A stretch of DNA of 63,849 nucleotides, filler included, from Aduncisulcus paluster (lineage: Eukaryota), in assembly GCA_024181965.1 (NCBI GenBank). It is 8 parts of 8 records of this genome, joined end to end, with 100 filler letters (N's around TTAATTAATTAA, not from the genome) between each part and the next. Parts side by side here need not be neighbours in the genome. Positions count along the whole stretch, not along the records: positions 18,085 to 27,587 come from BQXS01011128.1; positions 27,688 to 32,931 come from BQXS01011129.1; positions 33,032 to 41,834 come from BQXS01011130.1; 5 more parts are not named here. One strand, written 5' to 3'. The position numbers and the translations under genes were made by a program. The notes beneath the pieces were generated by a model. That model saw nothing but the letters and a program-made list of their open reading frames with translations. It had not been told where the DNA came from and ran no database searches. Each line of letters begins with the position of its first letter. Position 1 is the first letter of the stretch. Below are positions 23,063 to 35,335 of the stretch, one piece after another.

Positions 23063-23619
23063 AAATATATGTTAATATTACTAATAGTACTACTATTCTA
23101 GTAGGATAAAATATATTTTTAAAATGTTTATTAACAGATTTTCCCATATTATTTATTAATATTCCTACAAGAAATTTTTCAGTGCACTTTCAGCCACTCG
23201 TGTCCAACACGAGAGTCTCTGTTCCCCAACAGAAAATCACCCACACAACAAAATCTCTGTTTGATGGGGAGTATAATCATAATGAATACAAGAATGCCCC
23301 AAAGAAGATTTTTATGGACAATGTAAATAATATTCCCAATCTTTTTTGATTATATTGTCAATTGAACCGATATTCTTTGAATTCTTTTTTATTGAGCCGA
23401 CTATTCAGAGAAAGACGTATACTTAAATTAAATTTTCGTTTAAAATATTATAGGAGGTTTTCAATAATGTTTATAAAGGTTTCATTTTATGAGAAGCTAC
23501 TATACATATGACATCGCCTGTTTGGCCCCAATGTCCCTACAAGATATATATCAACAACTCCTAAAATGTTACTTGACTTATTATTCCACTCAAATTGTTT
23601 CCAAAGTGTCCAAAAAACT

Positions 23620-24300
23620 TGATAAAACCAAGTCTGAAAATTTCTCCATTTGAAGACGGTTTCAAAGGATTTGCGACAAATATCAACCATTATTCGAGAA
23701 TTTCGAACTCGAATTGAAACTTTGGAAGATAGAGTTGATGAAATATCTAAACAACTTCCTCTCATTCATTGGTTCTGATCTCAGATCTGAGATAGGTGTC
23801 TCTCAAAGATGTCATGGCCGAGTGTAGCAAGATCCGTAAATTACCGAACTATTTATTCTAAAATTGGAGAAAATCGCTCACTCTGCAGCTATTATCCTTT
23901 GGATCAACATTGAAAGAAGAATACGATTTGATGATGAAATCGATGATTCTGTGGAAAAAAATTCGAAACCCCGATCTCAACGGGAGCAACAAAGCCAAAG
24001 AAGCAGAAAAGAAAACGACAATTTACTGCTTTGAAAGAAAGAATAGTTCAAACTGAGATTCGAGCAAATCCAACCTTTCGGAAACTTTTGAAGCGTATGG
24101 AACTGCCGAAGAAGAAATAATTCAACAAATAAGGAAATAGCTCCCAAATATAAGACAAACATTAACTCAATGCAAGCATGAGACTTTGAAAAAAACATTC
24201 AGATCTGTTCGTACTTCTCTCTTGTAGAAAGAAAGCTTTGGGATCTCATTTTTGACAAAACACTATCTGAAAGGAAGAAAAGCCCTTTGATATGACTTTT
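23620..24300 (+). pseudogene. Possible decayed coiled-coil gene remnant
   Basis: Short coding-like frames (e.g. REFRTRIETLEDRVDEISKQLP at 23695-23760) broken by stops. Boundaries approximate. Confidence 0.3.
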
Positions 24301-24906
24301 TCTTTTCATTGACATCCCTCAGTACATATCCTTCGTTGAGACCTTATACTGTATAGTACTTAGATCCTGATAATGTCAACGATAAGTCTGATATCTCCTC
24401 CTTCTGAAATGAACCCTTGAGACAGATACTCGTTAGCTTGATTCTTTTATCTCGTCAACAATTTGGAATTCGATTTTCTTCATTAAATTGGATTTTATCA
24501 ATTGTGAATTGGTTTATTTTAACCTGATCTATTGATCTACGTTGACATACCGAACTGTCCAACGAAATGAATCCTTTGAAAAGTTAAGAGTTAAAAGGAC
24601 AAAATATATAAAGATCTGATGGAGTGAAAATTTGTAGAAAATACAAAGTTTAAAGTTTGATCGGTTGAAGTAGAATCAGAAAATAATAGATCTTGTAAAA
24701 TCATTAAGAATTTGAAAGAATCAAGTCAAGTAATTATGAATATATAATAAAATGAGATCCCAAAATCTCAGAATTTATAACAAAAATAAAACAAAGTGAA
24801 AAACGGACCGTCCAAAAAATAACAAATAAATAAGACAAAAATCTAAAAAAAGCCATTATAAGATAGGTTGAAAATAAATGAAGAATTAATTAAAAGAAAC
24901 TCTCAG

Positions 24907-27587
24907 TTAAAAGAAACTATATGGCCTCTGTGAACCCGAATATCTCCTCTCACAAGCTCTTCCGTACCATCCTTCCTTACATTTACAAGCTCTGGACCCA
25001 TCACTGATTGTGGCACATCCATACGAAGACTCAGGGTCACACAAACAAATGTCACGTTCACAGAACATTCCACCCCAACCTACCTTACACGAACAGTAGA
25101 ATGGAGGCTCATTCTTGGAGGAATCACCAGCAACACACGAACCATGGTCGAAACATTCGGAGTCATACCCATACTCACCGTATCCAATGGCACACATGTT
25201 CCACTGACATGCATCTCCACTGAATCCCCATGCACACAGACACGAGTGAGTGAGAGGGTTGCACACACCAAGACCGGAACAAAGAACGTCACTTGAAGGG
25301 TGTGATGGGCATTCATCAGTGCATGATTCACCATACCATCCTTCGATACATTTGATGAGCTCTGGACCCATCACTGATTGTGGCACATCCATACGAAGAC
25401 TCAGGGTCACACAAACAAATGTCACGTTCACAGAACATTCCACCCCAACCTACCTTACACGAACAGTAGAATGGAGGCTCATTCTTGGAGGAATCACCAG
25501 CAACACACGAACCATGGTCGAAACATTCGGAGTCATACCCATACTCACCGTATCCAATGGCACACATGTTCCACTGACATGCATCTCCACTGAATCCCCA
25601 TGCACACAGACACGAGTGAGTGAGAGGGTTGCACACACCAAGACCGGAACAAAGAACGTCACTTGAAGGGTCTCTCACAAGCTCTTCCGTACCATCCTTC
25701 CTTACATTTACAAGCTCTGGACCCATCACTGATTGTGGCACATCCATACGAAGACTCAGGGTCACACAAACAAATGTCACGTTCACAGAACATTCCACCC
25801 CAACCTACCTTACACGAACAGTAGAATGGAGGCTCATTCTTGGAGGAATCACCAGCAACACACGAACCATGGTCGAAACATTCGGAGTCATACCCATACT
25901 CACCGTATCCAATGGCACACATGTTCCACTGACATGCATCTCCACTGAATCCCCATGCACACAGACACGAGTGAGTGAGAGGGTTGCACACACCAAGACC
26001 GGAACAAAGAACGTCACTTGAAGGGTGTGATGGGCATTCATCAGTGCATGATTCACCATACCATCCTTCGATACATTTGATGACAATTCCACCTTGATCG
26101 TCAGATACACACTGTTTCAATGTAGTGAGATTGATACACATTTCGAGATCTGAAGGGTCTGTTATTGTTTCACAGTAAAATCCATCAGTGGCAACTTCAT
26201 TGTAGGCTTTCAAGGATCCATAGCTACACGAAACCATCCAAATATCTTCGAATATCTCAAGACATATCTTATTGTCGTTTGAAAGTGCTAGATCAGATAA
26301 TGTTGGACACAAGGAACAATTATCGGTATTTTGAGGAGAAACTGCAAGATTCTCTAGTTGAGAAAATATATTTGAATCGAAATATGATTCGTCAATTCCA
26401 CAAATCATATTATTCGTCAAATCAATGGATTTAAGGGTTGACTGGGAAAGGAAGAGAGGAGATGGGTCAATAATTGAATTGTTTGACACATTAACATGTT
26501 CCAAGAAAGGTGAGTGGCCACACAGACCAGAAATATCCTCAATGTCACAAGAAGAAGCATAAAAGGAAGTTAAATTTGGAACATGACTGAGAAATTGATT
26601 GTTAGAAGAGGCAAACAAAGTATTTGAAATATCTAGATAAATCAGATATTCAAGATCAATAACAGAAGAGCTGCTATCAGTGACTAAATCAGGGAAAATC
26701 GAGGAAATATCAGAAATGGAAGTTCTATTAATATCAAAATGAGAAAGTTGAGGATATCCAAGATTATTAATACCGTCATAGGTCGAGCTCAAGAACAAAC
26801 CGGTAAGATCTGAATTATTGCTAAAGTCAAGATAATAGATAGAATCATGAGATAATGTCATAAATGGGAAATACCCTTCAAGACTATTATTAGACATATT
26901 GAGAAACTCTACATTGCTCAAATTAGAAACAAAATCACCTTGAACGATATTGTTGAAGGATAAATCAATATAAACAAGTTCCGAAAGGGTAGAAAGTGGT
27001 GATGCATCGACCAGATTATAATGATTCGACAATATTAGAGTGGAAAGACTTCTGATGTGCTCAATTCCAGCAATATTAGACAATCCAGAAACCTCATCAG
27101 AATCTTCCCAAGTGAAAGATAAGGTTATAGGTGGAGAAATATTCTTCAGCGAAGCCACACTAAACAGCCCAGAACCATCTTCCTTGTATTCAGCCGGAAC
27201 CAATTCACTGACAACTGCCCTCAATCCGGCATCTACGATCACATCTGCACAGAATGACATTCCTGCACTCGCACTCTCAGTTGATACTCTGCACTCTTGC
27301 CCATAAGCGCATCCACCATCACATGACACGGAAACTTCATCCAGCACAGAGGTGCATGTGAACCCAAGTGGGGCCATGGAAGAGTCATCGGGCATGTATG
27401 TCGTATAACTATGACTGGAACACACGGCAGTCCACGGACCATCGGAACGGTTGGGAACGGGACGAGCACACACAATATCCTCGGAAATGGCATCAATGGT
27501 TGAGAACTCATCATCACAGCCACAAATCTGAGAATCAGCAACAATGGATATTGACGGGGAGTTGACAAATTTGGGGACAATTCCACC
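24907..27587 (-). CDS. LRR + Cys-rich/EGF-like extracellular protein (5'-partial), EGF block triplicated with frame breaks
   Basis: LxxLxLSxN repeats and EGF motifs CSGLGVC..CLCAWGFSGDAC and CSCKVGWGGMFC. Frame open to the gap at 27587. Confidence 0.85.
24947..26082. repeat. Three essentially identical copies of the EGF-coding block (offsets 370 and 355 bp)
   Basis: Identical plus-strand ORFs at 25008, 25378 and 25733. Confidence 0.92.
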
Positions 27588-27687
27588 NNNNNNNNNNNNN
27601 NNNNNNNNNNNNNNNNNNNNNNNNNNNNNNNTTAATTAATTAANNNNNNNNNNNNNNNNNNNNNNNNNNNNNNNNNNNNNNNNNNNN

Positions 27688-28320
27688 CACATCACGACTT
27701 CTCCGCCACAAGTTCCCGAAGAAGTGAAAGAGATGGAAAGAAGAGAGGAAGAGTTGAGAAAGAAGCGTGAAAGGAGAGAAAGACGGCGTCAGAGAGAAGA
27801 AGAAGGTTGGTACGATGAAGAGGAAGAGGAAGAGGAAGAAGAAGAGGAAGAGGAGGAAGAGGAGGAAGAGGAAGAAGCCACAGTCGAATCTGGAGTTTCC
27901 TCCATGTCTGTCTGTGTAGATGCTCTTTGTGCAGAGGCTGTACATGCCGTCTTGATCCCTAAGGTTGATCTCGTGAAGAAATTAGGTGTCTTTGTCCGTG
28001 AGCAGGCCAGAATCACTGCCACAGAGGCTAGACAAGCTGCGCGACAGGCTGAGGTCCAGGCTAGACGCGATGAAGCACAATTCTGGGACGATTTAGGGTC
28101 TGTAATCCCCGATGGAAAAGTGAGAGTGTGGAAATCACTTGAATCTGGACTACAAAAACATTTATTGACTCTCCAGGCTCGTGCTAAGCTTGTTGAAGAA
28201 AATGAGAGCATTAAGGAGCAGAATAGAGCTCTAAGAGAGTTAATTAGTGAAAAGGTTAGTTCAGATTCAAGGATTCCTCTACAGCAACCAGTGGGACAAG
28301 TTGTGAAATTAGAAGAGTAA
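27688..28320 (+). CDS. DRC1: Dynein regulatory complex subunit 1 C-terminus (5'-partial)
   Basis: FWDDLGSVIPDGKVRVWKSLESGLQKHLLTLQARAKLVEENESIKEQNRALRELI..QQPVGQV matches the DRC1/CCDC164 C-terminal pattern. Confidence 0.85.
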   Translation, partial: HITTSPPQVPEEVKEMERREEELRKKRERRERRRQREEEGWYDEEEEEEEEEEEEEEEEEEEEATVESGVSSMSVCVDALCAEAVHAVLIPKVDLVKKLGVFVREQARITATEARQAARQAEVQARRDEAQFWDDLGSVIPDGKVRVWKSLESGLQKHLLTLQARAKLVEENESIKEQNRALRELISEKVSSDSRIPLQQPVGQVVKLEE

Positions 28321-28826
28321 ATTTTACTTATTTATTCAATAAATTCAAAATATTGACCTATCCACTTATTTATTTGTAGAAATTAAACGGTTTAGAGTTT
28401 TGAATCAATTCCATGCTGATTTTGATCCCAATAATATTTTATATGGAAAGAAAGTCCGGATTTCCGATCAAAACAAATCGAGAGAAAGCTGTTGATGATA
28501 GTAGTTACTTATATGACGGCAAAACTCTGCTTTGTGCGAAAAGAAATAAACAAAAACTACATAAACATCATAAAGACTTCCTTTTGATAAGTATTATTTT
28601 GCTATATAAATTTTTCTTTCAGAAAAACTTCAGATTTTGGTTTTAAAACAGAGGTCCAGACAAACCGTCACGTTGAGTACTCTGAGAGTTGAGCAAAAAA
28701 AAAATTGTTCAATGAATTATCTTTTCAATTGGAATTGTCGTTTCGTCTTTTTCCCCTGGGGCCCAGTTGGGATCTCATGAGATAATTGCAGTGGATCGGT
28801 TGTGGATCATTTTGATTTTGATTACA

Positions 28827-29630
28827 ATGCCCGGAGAAAATCCTAATTATAGATCACCACTCAGTATAGATGGTAGAAGAATTTTACTTGAAGAAAAATT
28901 TACGAAGGATTCAAGTGGAAGGGATTATACTGATCCATCTGACATCATGACACAAATAATGACGCAATCAAAAGTGTCTAACCCTGAGTTTTGCCACATT
29001 TTGGCAGTGGAAACCATCGAAGATTGTCATGATCGTCGATTTAGTGATGATACAGTGGAAGCCTACAAAAATCTTCTTGCCCTGCCAATTAATTTTGAAT
29101 TGGGAAACAAAGGTATCAACTCTTTTCATAAGAGAGTTGAGCACTTGCTAAAGCTTGCAAAATCAAGTACAATCGCTAAGATTGATGCGTATATTGCCTC
29201 AATTAGAGATGATGGATTTAGTTGGTATGATATCTCTGATCGTTTGGAAGATATCGATCAAATTATACAATTGTTCAGAGCTCCTGAACGAGGTGTAAAA
29301 AAGAACCGAATATGTAAAGATATTAAGGAGAAGTCTAAAGAAAAGAAGAAATACGGTGCTGCTGATTCAATATGGAAGGGTTTCCCTGTCTGTACCCGGA
29401 GAGATAAAGCCACCGAGAAATTCCAGGAATGTACAATGACTGAGAGAGGTACAAGATGGTTACTTCCAATCACCTACAAAATCCTATTAAGAATTATCCG
29501 GAAGGCTAAGGAAAGAGTTTGTAAGTGTAAGGAAGCTAAGGAAAGAGTTTGTAAGTGTAAGGAAGCTAAGGAAATAGAAGCTTGTGAAAAAGAACTCTCG
29601 GCCTTAGAGGTTACACTAAAAAAGAAATAA
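28827..29630 (+). CDS. Hypothetical protein with a 10-aa tandem repeat (AKERVCKCKE)
   Basis: ATG at 28827; 30-bp tandem repeat at ~29505-29573. Confidence 0.6.
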   Translation: MPGENPNYRSPLSIDGRRILLEEKFTKDSSGRDYTDPSDIMTQIMTQSKVSNPEFCHILAVETIEDCHDRRFSDDTVEAYKNLLALPINFELGNKGINSFHKRVEHLLKLAKSSTIAKIDAYIASIRDDGFSWYDISDRLEDIDQIIQLFRAPERGVKKNRICKDIKEKSKEKKKYGAADSIWKGFPVCTRRDKATEKFQECTMTERGTRWLLPITYKILLRIIRKAKERVCKCKEAKERVCKCKEAKEIEACEKELSALEVTLKKK

Positions 29631-29744
29631 TTTATTTGAATTTCAACTATCTTGTCAGGATTTCTGACGAAAAGGTAGATATTAATACTTAGCTCGTACA
29701 GATAATTTATTTTTTTTCTCTTGTGTTATTTTATAACCCTTGTA

Positions 29745-32700
29745 TTATTTCTTCATAAATTTGTATATGGATTTCCATCTTTCTGTTCGTGAACTTGCAT
29801 CAAATTCTAGGACAACAACCGTATCTCCTTTCCTCAGCTGTGTTTCAGTTGGTGGATGGAGTACAGAATGTCCGATTCCATCCCTAACTATGTAAATTCC
29901 TAGTGCAAACCTTCCTTCACACATCAGATCAACAACAACATCACAGTAAACTTTTAAATCCTGTGTTATAATATGTTTTCCTATCTTGGCTCTTCCTCTC
30001 AAGATCTCTTCAAGGAAGTTACACGGATTGTAATACAACGCAGCGATATAGGCGTATACTTCACTTTTCACAACAACATTTCCCTTCAAAAAAGAAGGAG
30101 AGAAGAGATGTGAGTGTTGGTGCTGAGTGTTCAAGATACGAGTTTGCAATGTACTGGCGATATCTTCACGTTCTTTCTCCTTCAACGTCTTCTCTTTGCT
30201 CTTGGAATGAATACCTTCTGTGAGATGGGTTGATATTTTCCCATCGAGTCCAAGGTTGAAATCCAATAGTTTAACTGTTGTACGTGTATCAAGGGTGACA
30301 ATCACACGTGTGGATGGATGGACAACACTCTGAACGACACGGTATATAACAGTGCCTTCCTGATCGTTCTGAATATGGGGTAAATGGGGAACAATAGCAA
30401 CTGCAAGACATTTACATTTGTTACTTTCCATGGATCTTGCCATTCCTTCAAATATCCTATCCTTTTCTTGTTGAGGGACTCCTGTACCCATGACTGGGAA
30501 CTCTACTTTCCTAATCTGATCGTGGTGTCTGCCCCAACAACATCTCAACCAAGCAACTCGAGTGAATGGATTGTCAGTGAATATTGTAATGTTAACAGAT
30601 GGGAACTGAGCATTCAGAGTCTCAATCTGGTCAGAGTAAGACACATCTCCAGAGGGGGCAAAGAACACGTAATTGCACCTTTCAAAACGATGACGCATTC
30701 TGATCTTCACGAACTTGTAGAAAGAATCAACTGGACCATAAAACACAATGAAATTGTCAGGCTTTGCATCTTCCTTGAGTGAGGCGCTTTCTTTGAGAGA
30801 TTTCTTCAGAGCACGTTTCCACAATGTTGAGTCAGTTCTCTTGGGAATATCTGCATCATCTCTGTCCACTTCAGTGGTGGTAGATATAGTATGGTAGGAC
30901 TGTTCATCATCCTTGGATCTGTCTGGATGTTCACAGTGCTCACTTGATACATGGGAATGATCTTCACCTTTGCTGACAGAAGACACTGAATCACTGTCAA
31001 TTGAAGAGGAAAAATCACTCACGGTGCCCACATCTGGGTACAATAGATGTTTCTCCCGTCTTGCTTCCTGTTTCTTCCTGCGAAGCTCTCTCCTCTTTTC
31101 CCGGCGTTCCTCTTTCTCTTTCTCCAGAGCAAGTCTTTTCTCTCTTCTTTCTCTCATCAATGTTCCTTTACGTCCTTTCCACTCAGGTTGGAGGAGAAGA
31201 TCAAGCATGCCATGACCGATTCGAGGTCTTTGGGACCAGTCAGCTCCCTCACGCAGAATATTATCGATCTTTTGAAGAATAACAGTGTGATGTTTGAACA
31301 CACCATGGCCTATATCAGTAGCAACAGCTTGAGTCGGGATGGGTAACTTACGAGGGTATTGTTGCAGTGTAGGGGGGAGATATAAGGCTTCCCGAGCACC
31401 TTTAGATAAGGATCGAGTGTGTACAGGGGAGTATGATGTTGGGGGAACGAATGAAGCAACCACAGCTGCTCGTGCCCAATCCCTTGAGATGACATATATG
31501 AGACATCCAGGTTTGAGGATCAAAGTGGACGGAGGAGCGAATATAAAGTGTCTCCGTTTCATGTAAGCCACAGCAGCGGTCGTAGGTTTCCCCATAGTTA
31601 CGACAGACATGGGTTCATCCCGAGTGTTATCTCTGTCTCGGTCAGCATGGAAGGTCTGTGTCGCATCATCGATATCCCAAGTACGACCTGATCCTTTCCC
31701 ATTGGCTGAGACAGTCGTGCGTGCAGAGGATGGACCAGCCATAGGGAACACACCATACTCGTTATCGTAGTCATCTCGAGCACCCTCATCCTCCTCGCTC
31801 ATCTCAACATCCTGGTCTTCACCGTCACCTCCACGTACACGGAGTTTCTGAAGGTGTTGTTCAATAGCTATTCCTAGAATTGGAGCACTGGGCGTAGCGT
31901 GGGAACTATCTGGACAAGTGGCTGCATCCATTGAGAATGACTTGTCAAACTCTGGGGCTTCCCCAGAGAGCATCGATAACCGTTCCTCTTCTTGCTTCTT
32001 GCGTACTTTTCCATACATTCTCACTTCCTCAGCCTCTCGAAGACACTCAACTCCTTCAACAGCAAGGAGAACAATGCCCAGTTCTTCATAGAGACAAGTG
32101 GCCACATCAGCAACACACATCCCAGCCAAAGTTGAAGATATCTTTGTTCTAAAAATAGAACTTGAGAGACCAGCTGCATAGTTCAAAGGGAATGTTAGAC
32201 GAGAGAGGAACAATTCTTCATCATCCATGGCATTTGAGTTTACATGTGCGATTGAGTGTGGACTTATAGCATCAGATATCACTCCAGTGGGTTGATCAGG
32301 AGTCAAGAGAATAGGTCTGTGTACATGAATATCTCTTTTCCCATCCACAGTAATGGGGTGTTTGGCGTTATCAATGGCACTGCTCTGTTGTTGTAGTGAA
32401 CGAGGAGGTATAACCACAGGGCTCTTTGTTTTGATTAGACCAGCGATAGTGTGTATCAGATCTTGCTGAGGAGAAAGGATTTCTTTGATTCTAGATGTGG
32501 ACTCTGATGTTGAGGAAGAGGAGGATGAAGACTCTTCTCCTTCTTGTTCTTGTTCTTGTTCTTGTTCTTGTTCTTCAGAAGCTGTGTGTTTGTGTGGATA
32601 TTGATCAGACAATGGGATGTTCTGTTTGATATGATGATGATGAGAATGTTTGCTATGTTCAGAGTCCGATTTTGATACATCTTCTCCTCGAGATGAATGG

Positions 32701-32930
32701 GGCAGAAACAAAGACATAATACCTTGAGGAGGTGCAGAATGTTCAGGAGATCCGAAAGCAATTCCTCCTTCCTCAACAAGGCCTATCTCTCCACTCTCTC
32801 TCTTTCCTCCATTCTTCCCCTTCTCCTCTTCTTCCTCTCCCTCTTCCTCTTCCTCTCCCTCTCCCTCTCCCTCTTCTTCTTCTTCTTCCCCATCTTCCTG
32901 GTCATCATCATCATTCTCCAGAGTGATCAT
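29745..32930 (-). CDS. Slo/BK-family potassium channel cytosolic RCK region (5'-partial)
   Basis: GMCVADVATCLYEELGIVLLAVE, FAPPSTLILKPGCLIYVIS, FSPSFLKGNVV, YCDVVVDL..ALGIY and VLHPPTETQLRKGDTVVVL resemble BK RCK1/RCK2 blocks in order. Confidence 0.75.
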   Translation of the reverse strand: MITLENDDDDQEDGEEEEEEGEGEGEEEEEGEEEEEKGKNGGKRESGEIGLVEEGGIAFGSPEHSAPPQGIMSLFLPHSSRGEDVSKSDSEHSKHSHHHHIKQNIPLSDQYPHKHTASEEQEQEQEQEQEGEESSSSSSSTSESTSRIKEILSPQQDLIHTIAGLIKTKSPVVIPPRSLQQQSSAIDNAKHPITVDGKRDIHVHRPILLTPDQPTGVISDAISPHSIAHVNSNAMDDEELFLSRLTFPLNYAAGLSSSIFRTKISSTLAGMCVADVATCLYEELGIVLLAVEGVECLREAEEVRMYGKVRKKQEEERLSMLSGEAPEFDKSFSMDAATCPDSSHATPSAPILGIAIEQHLQKLRVRGGDGEDQDVEMSEEDEGARDDYDNEYGVFPMAGPSSARTTVSANGKGSGRTWDIDDATQTFHADRDRDNTRDEPMSVVTMGKPTTAAVAYMKRRHFIFAPPSTLILKPGCLIYVISRDWARAAVVASFVPPTSYSPVHTRSLSKGAREALYLPPTLQQYPRKLPIPTQAVATDIGHGVFKHHTVILQKIDNILREGADWSQRPRIGHGMLDLLLQPEWKGRKGTLMRERREKRLALEKEKEERREKRRELRRKKQEARREKHLLYPDVGTVSDFSSSIDSDSVSSVSKGEDHSHVSSEHCEHPDRSKDDEQSYHTISTTTEVDRDDADIPKRTDSTLWKRALKKSLKESASLKEDAKPDNFIVFYGPVDSFYKFVKIRMRHRFERCNYVFFAPSGDVSYSDQIETLNAQFPSVNITIFTDNPFTRVAWLRCCWGRHHDQIRKVEFPVMGTGVPQQEKDRIFEGMARSMESNKCKCLAVAIVPHLPHIQNDQEGTVIYRVVQSVVHPSTRVIVTLDTRTTVKLLDFNLGLDGKISTHLTEGIHSKSKEKTLKEKEREDIASTLQTRILNTQHQHSHLFSPSFLKGNVVVKSEVYAYIAALYYNPCNFLEEILRGRAKIGKHIITQDLKVYCDVVVDLMCEGRFALGIYIVRDGIGHSVLHPPTETQLRKGDTVVVLEFDASSRTERWKSIYKFMKK

Positions 32931-33373
32931 ANNNNNNNNNNNNNNNNNNNNNNNNNNNNNNNNNNNNNNNNNNNNTTAATTAATTAANNNNNNNNNNNNN
33001 NNNNNNNNNNNNNNNNNNNNNNNNNNNNNNNAATAACATGATGAAGAAAAACAGAAATGCAAATACACAAAACTATTGAAAGGATTGAATGCACCGAGTT
33101 CTCGAAAGTAACAGCAAAACCACGTCGTTCTATTGCCACAAAACAGTAAAATATAATGATATTAGACATGACAAAACCCATCGGAAGTCCGAAAGGCGTA
33201 ATTCTTCAGTGAAAAGGTGGAATATGAAGAGGACATCCATAGAGAAAAATTAAGTCATGTACAGTACGTTTAAAATGATTATTTTTAAAAAATATGAGAC
33301 GAGAAACAGGATAAGGATCTCAAAAACATTTAAAACTGTAACAAATTGAATCGAGAAGATTATTAAAAAGTGA

Positions 33374-33877
33374 TCAGGAACCATAAGCAAACTTAGCCTC
33401 AGAAGTAGAATAAAACCCATGAAATTCTGGTGAACATATGGTTTCGAGCGGAGCATATCTGTATTTCTCTTTCTCAACAAAGAAACCAGATTGAGTTAAA
33501 ACAACTCTCGGAAAAAATTGGCAAACACGTTGGAAAGATTTCAAAAATGAAAAGGAATCACGCGGCTTGTACAATATTTGAATTTCATCCCTTTCTTCCC
33601 ACATAACGTCTTTAGAAATCATCAAATCAGGATAATAATCACAAAGAGCATGTAAGGCCTCTAGTTCTTCTTTCCTAGAAATAGAAACATTTAAATGCCC
33701 AATGAATTGTTTTTTGCTATCATAACTTCGATGAAAACCAGTAATTAGTCGCCCATTAGAGAATTCTTTAATTATTGTTTCATCGATTGATCGCAAAAAA
33801 TCACAGAGCTCTTCATCATATAAACATTTCAATAAAGGAATTGGGAGAACAATTTCTTGCATTTGAATGTTTGGCAT
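33374..33877 (-). CDS. Hypothetical protein
   Basis: Globular-looking ORF in AT-rich flanks; start uncertain (33925, 33877 or 33862). Confidence 0.5.
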   Translation of the reverse strand: MPNIQMQEIVLPIPLLKCLYDEELCDFLRSIDETIIKEFSNGRLITGFHRSYDSKKQFIGHLNVSISRKEELEALHALCDYYPDLMISKDVMWEERDEIQILYKPRDSFSFLKSFQRVCQFFPRVVLTQSGFFVEKEKYRYAPLETICSPEFHGFYSTSEAKFAYGS

Positions 33878-34312
33878 TTGTTCAAGAGAGAAAAATGAGC
33901 AGAACTTTATCACATAGAAATGCAAATAAGGAATATCAACGAAAAAATATTAGAATATAGTATGTGATAGTGAAAATTAAATTATTAATTTTATGAGGGT
34001 AGAAATCATCTGCAAAATTAATTTCGCAAATCTCACGTAATCCTAGATAATTCTGGAAGACCCAAGCGAAATATAAAGTTGCTGTACAATATTATACAAA
34101 AATATCATATAAACCGGGGAATATTATTGAAAATAGCACTTTAGACGTTAGAAAAATTTATTTCGAAAAAAATCAAGGTAAAAATGACATTTTAGCTCAT
34201 ATTTAAAATTAAAATATTGTAAAAATATTCAATTATTGTATTAAATTTGACAATACGCATGAGATAGCTTTATACACAAAAAAGAGAAACAATAGTTGGT
34301 TCGGTGGTCCAA

Positions 34313-35335
34313 TTAAATTTTTAAACTGTTCTTATCACCAGATGAACAATATAGTTTATGCCCAAGTTCATTCTCGATCAATGAAGCTTCATGATCCCGA
34401 ATAAAAGAAGTTTGGAGGCCAGATGGATTTGAATCAACGATCGTCGGAGCTATCGAAGAAAGAGATGAAATGCATGAGGAATGTCCACTTACATCTCCAC
34501 TTTTCATTGATTTCAAGGTCGGAGGGAAATATAAACGGGACATTGATGGAATACCAGACAGGGCGGGGAGAAGATGTGTCATATGAGGAATAGCAGCAAC
34601 AAGACCAGTCGATAAGGGAGCTATATGATCGTATGGACCATCAATATCACTAAAATCAGAATCAATTCCACATAGATCTTCCTCTTCTTTTGGATCGTCC
34701 TCGTTCACAGTGTCATCTGTAGAAATCTCATCCAGTTTCCCAGTAGGATCATAAATTTCTTCATCCTTAGCATCAACAACACCAGATTCAGTAACAACAT
34801 CATAGTCATGTACTATTCCAGTTCCTTCAATCTCATCCCCTTCCAATTCCCCCATTCCAGAAGCATTAGGCATACGATGATCCACTGGATCTAGCAATAG
34901 GGAATCATCAACATTTCTCTCCCTCATGAACGTGGAAGACAATTTTAAAATCGGGGTTCTTACAGGGCTAGATGTAATAGAGGCCAAATAGGGGAGTGGT
35001 TCATATCCAACATCAAGGGATGTTATTGGCCACAATATTTGATCTGGAAAGGCTATGTTTCCTTGGATTCGTTTTGATTTAAGGTGTTTTGGTTTCTTCA
35101 CACCTTTCTTTAGAGAAAGAGTATGAATTCGATGTTTAAAAATACCAGATATGGCTCTTTTATAGGCGATGCTTTGAGATAATCGTTTTCGATGTTTCAA
35201 TTGACTTATTGATTTTGAAAATGCATATTGTAGGGACGTTGTTAGCTGTTTGGTAAAATCTTTAGTTTTATGGTCGATAGATGGAGAAACACTCCTAGAT
35301 ACTTCAACAAATAAATCATATGATGATAATTCCAT
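34313..35335 (-). CDS. Hypothetical protein (basic N-terminus, acidic middle)
   Basis: 340-aa ATG-initiated ORF bounded by AT-rich intergenic DNA. Confidence 0.7.
   Translation of the reverse strand: MELSSYDLFVEVSRSVSPSIDHKTKDFTKQLTTSLQYAFSKSISQLKHRKRLSQSIAYKRAISGIFKHRIHTLSLKKGVKKPKHLKSKRIQGNIAFPDQILWPITSLDVGYEPLPYLASITSSPVRTPILKLSSTFMRERNVDDSLLLDPVDHRMPNASGMGELEGDEIEGTGIVHDYDVVTESGVVDAKDEEIYDPTGKLDEISTDDTVNEDDPKEEEDLCGIDSDFSDIDGPYDHIAPLSTGLVAAIPHMTHLLPALSGIPSMSRLYFPPTLKSMKSGDVSGHSSCISSLSSIAPTIVDSNPSGLQTSFIRDHEASLIENELGHKLYCSSGDKNSLKI

Noticed and set aside
33032-33240. Hydrophobic minus-strand ORF at a contig end
   Set aside because: Too short and truncated to support a call.
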